From: Eledone cirrhosa
Lineage: Eukaryota
DNA length: 64,000 bases
Reading direction: 5' to 3'
Assembly: GCA_964016885.1 (NCBI GenBank)
Contig: OZ024744.1
Location: 133,858,001-133,922,000 of the forward strand
The notes below the pieces were generated by a model, which ran no database searches, was not told the origin of the DNA, and saw only the letters and a program-made list of their open reading frames with translations. Both the position numbers and the translations under genes were made by a program. The number at the start of each line of letters is the position of its first letter. Position 1 is the first letter of the stretch. Below are positions 59,101-64,000 of the stretch, piece after piece.

Positions 59101-62100
59101 GGTTAAGTTAAGTTGGGGTTAAATTAAGTTGGGGTTAAGTTAAGTTGGGGTTAAGTTAAGTTGGGGCTAAGTTAAGTTGGGGCTGAGTTAAGTTGGGGTT
59201 AAGTTAAGTTGGGGTTAAGTTAAGTTGGGGTTAAGTTAAGTTGGGGTTTATTTAAGTTGGGGTTAAATTAAGTTGGGGTTCAGTTAAGTTGGGGTTAAGA
59301 TAAGTTGGGGTTAAGATGGGGTTAAATTAAGTTGGGGTTAAGTTAAGTTGGGGTTAAGTTAAGTTGGGGTTAAGTTAAGTTGGGGTTAAGTTAAGTCGGG
59401 GTTAAGTTAAGTCGGGGTTAAGTTAAGTTAGGGTTCAGTTAAGTTGGGGTTAAGTTAAGTTGGGGTTGAGTTAAGTTGGGGTTGAGTTTAATTGGGGTTG
59501 AGTTAAGTTGGGGTTGAGTTAAGTTGGTTTTGAGTTAAGTTGGGGTTAAGTTAAGTTGGGGTTAAGTTAAGGTGCGGTTAAGTTAAGTTGGGGTTAAGTT
59601 AAGTTGGGGCTAAGTTAAGTTGGGGCTAAGTTAAGTTGGGGCTAAGTTAAGTTGGGGTTAAGTTAAGTTGGGGTTAAGTTAAGTCGGGGTTAAGTTAAGT
59701 TGGGGTTAAGTTAAGTTGAGGTTAATTTAATTTGGGGTTAAGTTGGGGTTAAGTTAAGTTGGGGTTAAGTTAAGTTGGGGTTAAGTTAAGTTGGGTTTAA
59801 GTTAAGTTGGGGTTAAGTTAAGTTGGGGTCAAGTTAAGTTGGGGTTAAGTTAAGTTGGGGTTGAGTTAAGTTGGGGTTGAGTTAAATTGGCGTTGAGTTA
59901 AGTTGGGGTTGAGTTAAGTTGGTGTTGAGTTAAGTTGGGGTTAAGTTAAGTTGGGGTTAAGTTAAGTTGCAGTTAAGTTAAGTTGAGGTTAAGTTAAGGT
60001 GGGGTTAAGTTAAGTCGGGTTAAGTTAAGTTGTGGTTGAGTTAAGTTGGGGTTAATTTAAGTTGGGGCTAAGTTAATTTGTGGTTAAGTTAAGTTGGGGT
60101 TAAGTTAAGTTGGGGTTAAGTTAAGTTGGGTTTGAGTTAAGTTGGGGTTGAGTTAATTTGGGGTTAAGTTAAGTTGGGGTTAAGTTAAGTTGGGTTTAAG
60201 TTAAGTTGGGGTTAAATTAAGTTGGAGTTAAATTAAGTTGGGGTTAAGTTAAGTTGGGGGTAAGTTAAGTTAGGGGCAAGTTAAGTTGGGGTTAATTTAA
60301 GTTGGGGTTAAATTAAGTTGGGGTTACGTTAAGTTGGTGTTAAGTTAAGTTGGGGTTAATTTAAGTTGGGGTTAATTAAGTTGGGGTTAAGTTAAGTTGG
60401 GGTTAAGTTAAGTTGGGGTTAAGTTAAGTTGGGGTTAAGTTAAGTTGAGGTTAAGTTAAGTTGGGGTTAAATTAAGTTGGGGGTACGTTAAGTTGGGGTT
60501 AAGTTAAGTTGGGGTTAAGTTAAGTTGGGGTTAAGTTAAGTTGGGGTTAAGTTAAGTTGGGGTTAAGTTAAGTTGGTGTTAAGTTAAGTTGGGGCTAAGT
60601 TAAGTTGGGGCTGAGTTAAGTTGGGGCTGAGTTAAGTTGGGGTTGAGTTAATTTGGGGTTAAGTTAAGTTGGGGTTAAATTAAGTTGGGGTTAAATTAAG
60701 TTGGGGTTAAGTTACGTTGGGGGTAAGTTAATTTGGGGGCAAGTTAAGTTGGGGTTAATTTAAGTTGGGGTTAAATTAAGTTGGGGTTACGTTAAGTTGG
60801 TGTTAAGTTAAGTTGGGGTTAATTTAAGTTGGGGTTAATTAAGTTGGGGTTAAGTTAAGTTGGGGTTAAGTTAAGTTGGGGTTAATTTAAGTTGGGGTTG
60901 AGTTAAGTTGGGGTTAAGTTAAGTTGGGGTTATATTAAGTTGGGGTTAAGTTAAGTTGGGGTTAAGTTAAGTTGGGGTTAAGTTAAGGTGGGGTTAAGTT
61001 AAGTTGGTGTTAAGTTAAGTTGGGGCTAAGTTAAGTTGGGGCTGAGTTAAGTTGGGGCTGAGTTAAGTTGGGGTTAAGTTAAGTTGGGGTTGAGTTAAGT
61101 TGGGGTTAAGTTAAGTTGGGGTCAAGTTAAGTTGGGGTTAAGTTGGGGTTAAGTTAAGTTGGGGTTAAGTTAAGTTGGGGTTAAGTTAAGTCGGGGTTAA
61201 GTTAAGTTGGGGTTAAGTTAAGTTGGGGTTAATTTAAGTTGGGGTTAAGTTAAGTTGGGGTTAAATTAAGTTGGGGTTAAGTTAAGATGGGGTTAAGTTA
61301 AGTTGGGGTTAAGTTAAGTTGAGGTTAAGTTAAGTTGGGGTTAAATTAAGTTGGGGTTAAGTTAAGTTGGGGTTAAGTTAAGTTGGGGTTAAGTTAAGTT
61401 GGGGATAAGTTAAGTTGGGGATAATTTAAGTTGGGGTTAAGTTAAGTTGGGTTTAAGTTAAGTTGGGGCTAAGTTAAGTTGGGGTTAAGTTAAGTTGGGG
61501 TTAAGTTAAGTTGGGGTTAAGTTAAGTTGGGGTTAAGTTAAGTTGGGGCTAAGTTAAGTTGGGGCTGAGTTAAGTTGGGGTTAAGTTAAGTTGGGGTTAA
61601 GTTAAGTTGGGGTTAAGTTAAGTTGGGGTTTATTTAAGTTGGGGTTAAGTTAAGTTGGGGTTCAGTTAAGTTGGGGTTAAGTTAAGTTGGGGTTAAGATG
61701 GGGTTAAATTAAGTTGGGGTTAAGTTAAGTTGGGGTTAAGTTAAGTTGGGGTTAAGTTAAGTTGGGGTTAAGTTAAGTCGGGGTTAAGTTAAGTCGGGGT
61801 TAAGTTAAGTTAGGGTTCAATTAAGTTGGGGTTAAGTTAAGTTGGGGTTGAGTTAAGTTGGGGTTGAGTTAAATTGGGGTTGAGTTAAGTTGGGGTTAAT
61901 TTAAGTTGGTGTTGAGTTAAGTTGGGGTTAAGTTAAGTTGGGGTTAAGTTAAGTTGGGGTTAATTTAAGTTGCGGTTCAGTTAAGTTGGGGTTCAGTTAA
62001 GTTGGGGATAAGTTAAGTTGGGGTTAAGTTAAGTTGGGGTTAAGTTAAGTTGGGGTTAAGTTAAGTTGGTGTTAAGTTAAGTTGGGGCTAAGTTAAGTTG

Positions 62101-64000
62101 GGGCTGAGTTAAGTTGGGGCTGAGTTAAGTTGGGGTTAAGTTAAGTTGGGGTTGAGTTAAGTTGGGGTTAAGTTAAGTTGGGGTCAAGTTAAGTTGGGGT
62201 TAAGTTGGGGTTAAGTTAAGTTAGGTTTAAGTTAAGTTGGGGTTAAGTTAAGTTGGGGTTACGTTAAGTTGGTGTTAAGTTAAGTTGGGGTTAATTTAAG
62301 TTGGGGTTAATTAAGTTGGGGTTAAGTTAAGTTGGGGTTAAGTTAAGTTGGGGTTAAGTTAAGTTGGGGTTGAGTTAAGTTGGGGTTAAGTTAAGTTGGG
62401 GTTATATTAAGTTGGGGTTAAGTTAAGTTGGGGTTCAGTTAAGTTGGGGATAAGTTAAGTTGGGGTTAAGTTAAGTTGGGGTTAAGTTAAGTTTGGGTTA
62501 AGTTAAGTTGGTGTTAAGTTAAGTTGGGGCTAAGTTAAGTTGGGGCTGAGTTAAGTTGGGGCTGAGTTAAGTTGGGGTTAAGTTAAGTTGGGGTTGAGTT
62601 AAGTTGGGGTTAAGTTAAGTTGGGGTCAAGTTAAGCTGGGGTTAAGTTGGGGTTAAGTTAAGTTAGGTTTAAGTTAAGTTGGGGTTAAGTTAAGTTGGGG
62701 TTAAGTTAAGTTGGGGTTAAGTTAAGTTGGGGTTAAGTTAATTTGTGGTTAAGTTAAGTTGGGGTTAAGTTAAGTTGGGGTTAAGTTAAGTTGGGGTTAA
62801 ATTAAGTTGGGGTTAAGTTAAGTTGGGGTTAAGTTAAGTTGGGGTTAAGTTAAGTTGGGGATAAGTTAAGTTGGGGATAATTTAAGTTGGGGTTAATTTA
62901 AGTTGGGTTTAAGTTAAGTTGGGGTTAAGTTAAGTTGGGGATAAGTTAAGTTGGGGTTAAGTTAAGTTGGGGTTAAGTTAAGTTGGGGTTAAGTTAAGTT
63001 GGGGCTAAGTTAAGTTGGGGCTGAGTTAAGTTGGGGTTAAGTTAAGTTGGGGTTAATTTAAGTTGTGGCTAAGTTAAGTTGGGGCTGAGTTAAGTTGGGG
63101 CTGAGTTAAGTTGGGGTTAAGTTAAGTTGGGGTTGAATTAAGTTGGGGTTAAGTTAAGTTGGGGTCAAGTTAAGTTGGGGTTAAGTTGGGGTTAAGTTAG
63201 GTTAGGTTTAAGTTAAGTTGGGGTTAAGTTAAGTTGGGGTTAAGTTAAGTTGGGGTTAAGTTAAGTTGGGGTTAAATTAAGTTGGGGTTAAGTTAAGTTG
63301 GGGTTAAGTTAAGTTGGGGTTAAGTTAAGTTGGGGATAAGTTAAGTTGGGGATAATTTAAGTTGGGGTTAAGTTAAGTTGGGTTTAAGTTAAGTTGGGGT
63401 TAAGTTAAGTTGGGGATAAGTTAAGTTGGGGTTAAGTTAAGTTGGGGTTAAGTTAAGTTGGGGCTAAGTTAAGTTGGGGCTGAGTTAAGTTGGGGTTAAG
63501 TTAAGTTGGGGTTAATTTAAGTTGGGGTTTATTTAAGTTGGGGTTACGTTAACTTGGTGTTAAGTTAAGTTGGGGTTAATTTAAGTTGGGGTTAAGTTAA
63601 GTTGGGGTTAAGTTAAGTTGGTGTTACGTTAAGTTGTGGCTAAGTTAAGTTGGGGCTGAGTTAAGTTGGGGCTGAGTTAAGTTGGGGTTAAGTTAAGTTG
63701 GGGTTGAGTTAAGTTGGGGTTAAGTTAAGTTGGGGTCAAGTTAAGTTGGGGTTAAGTTGGGGTTAAGTTAGGTTAGGTTTAAGTTAAGTTGGGGTTAAGT
63801 TAAGTTGGGGTTAAGTTAATTTGTGGTTAAGTTAAGTTGGGGTTAAGTTAAGTTGGGGTTAAGTTTAGTCGGGGTTAAGTTAAGTTGGGGTTAAGTTAAG
63901 TTGGGGTTAATTTAAGTTGGGGTTAAGTTAAGTTGGGGTTAAGTTAAGTTGGGGTTAAGTTAAGATGGGGTTAAGTTAAGTTGGGGTTAAGTTAAGTTGA
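47131..64000 (+). repeat. Large tandem duplication, period 8,561 bp (8,454 bp after a 107-bp indel); copy 1 ~47131-55691, copy 2 ~55692 to beyond the window end
   Basis: Offset 8561: TGGTG 47201/55762, the A of GGGACTGAG 47920/56481, GGGTTAATTG 49821/58382, TTGAGTTTAA 50921/59482, AGGGTTCAAT 53251/61812. Offset 8454: TTAGGTTAGG 54743/63197, TACGTTAACT 55091/63545, ATGGGG 55511/63965. Confidence 0.93.

Larger units (their letters stand above)
1..64000 (+). repeat. 16-bp tandem repeat array (satellite / telomere-like), consensus GGGGTTAAGTTAAGTT, ~4,000 monomers, G-rich strand on +, running off both window ends
   Basis: Every line of the window consists of the consensus or monomers differing by 1-3 substitutions or short deletions. 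No inverted (CCCC-containing) segment and no non-repeat insertion was seen. Confidence 0.99.

Noticed and set aside
771-63560. Persistence of CpG-creating variants (TTACG, TCGGGG, GCGG, GGCG) as evidence of no DNA methylation
   Set aside because: Decay of TCGGGG would regenerate the consensus TTGGGG and be invisible, and the copies are too recent to measure CpG loss by eye.
1-64000. Protein-coding ORFs (repetitive protein) on either strand
   Set aside because: TTAA is palindromic, so TAA occurs twice per monomer on both strands. Because 16 is not a multiple of 3, every frame meets a stop within about three monomers. The occasional ATG (AAGATGGGG variant) is followed by a stop within a few codons.
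1-64000. CRISPR array, or an array of regulatory or recombination sites with variable spacers
   Set aside because: There are no unique spacers. Differences between units are 1-3 substitutions of the same 16-mer, and no cas, recombinase or leader sequence is present.
1-64000. Variant monomers as an information-bearing code (e.g. diversity cassette or guide library)
   Set aside because: The recurrences are accounted for by nested duplications of a limited set of point mutations. Nothing in the window indicates transcription, processing or a reader.
1-64000. Pure sequencing or basecalling artefact, or synthetic low-complexity sequence
   Set aside because: Rare variants recur at mutually consistent kb-scale offsets with nested structure and slight divergence, which random error would not produce. 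Individual near-perfect duplications could still be assembly errors.
1-64000. Nucleosome-phasing or DNA-curvature signal (two monomers = 32 bp, about three helical turns)
   Set aside because: There are no A-tracts of 4 or more in the consensus, and the numerical fit is easy to obtain by chance. It cannot be supported without MNase or structural data.
1-64000. Assignment as centromeric DNA or to a specific taxon
   Set aside because: Higher-order structure is compatible with a centromeric satellite but is not diagnostic. There is no flanking unique sequence or recognisable motif such as a CENP-B box.

Overview
All 64,000 bases are one uninterrupted, head-to-tail tandem array in a single orientation. 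The monomer is 16 bp, consensus GGGGTTAAGTTAAGTT (equivalently (TTAAG)2-TTGGGG; minus strand AACTTAACTTAACCCC), in about 4,000 copies (64,000/16). I found no unique sequence, genes, RNA genes, mobile elements or CRISPR spacers. The palindromic TTAA core puts TAA stops in all six frames. The array is eukaryotic-satellite-like or telomere-like: the + strand is G/T-rich and has no C in the consensus, and the monomer resembles compound insect telomere motifs such as the Bombus TTAGGTTGGGG. Variant monomers recur in fixed-order cassettes and act as a barcode. They reveal kb-scale tandem duplications with periods of ~2.7-2.8 kb, 3,095, 4,050, 1,732, ~1.9-2.1 kb and 8,561/8,454 bp, a probable ~7.8-8.6 kb higher-order unit, and two sub-domains with different diagnostic variants meeting at about 18.5-19.5 kb. 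This pattern indicates expansion by copying existing DNA rather than monomer-by-monomer synthesis. Offsets were counted by hand from rare marker variants, so boundaries are approximate to about one monomer or more. The organism and chromosomal location cannot be determined from this window, and I see no evidence of a protein-coding system.
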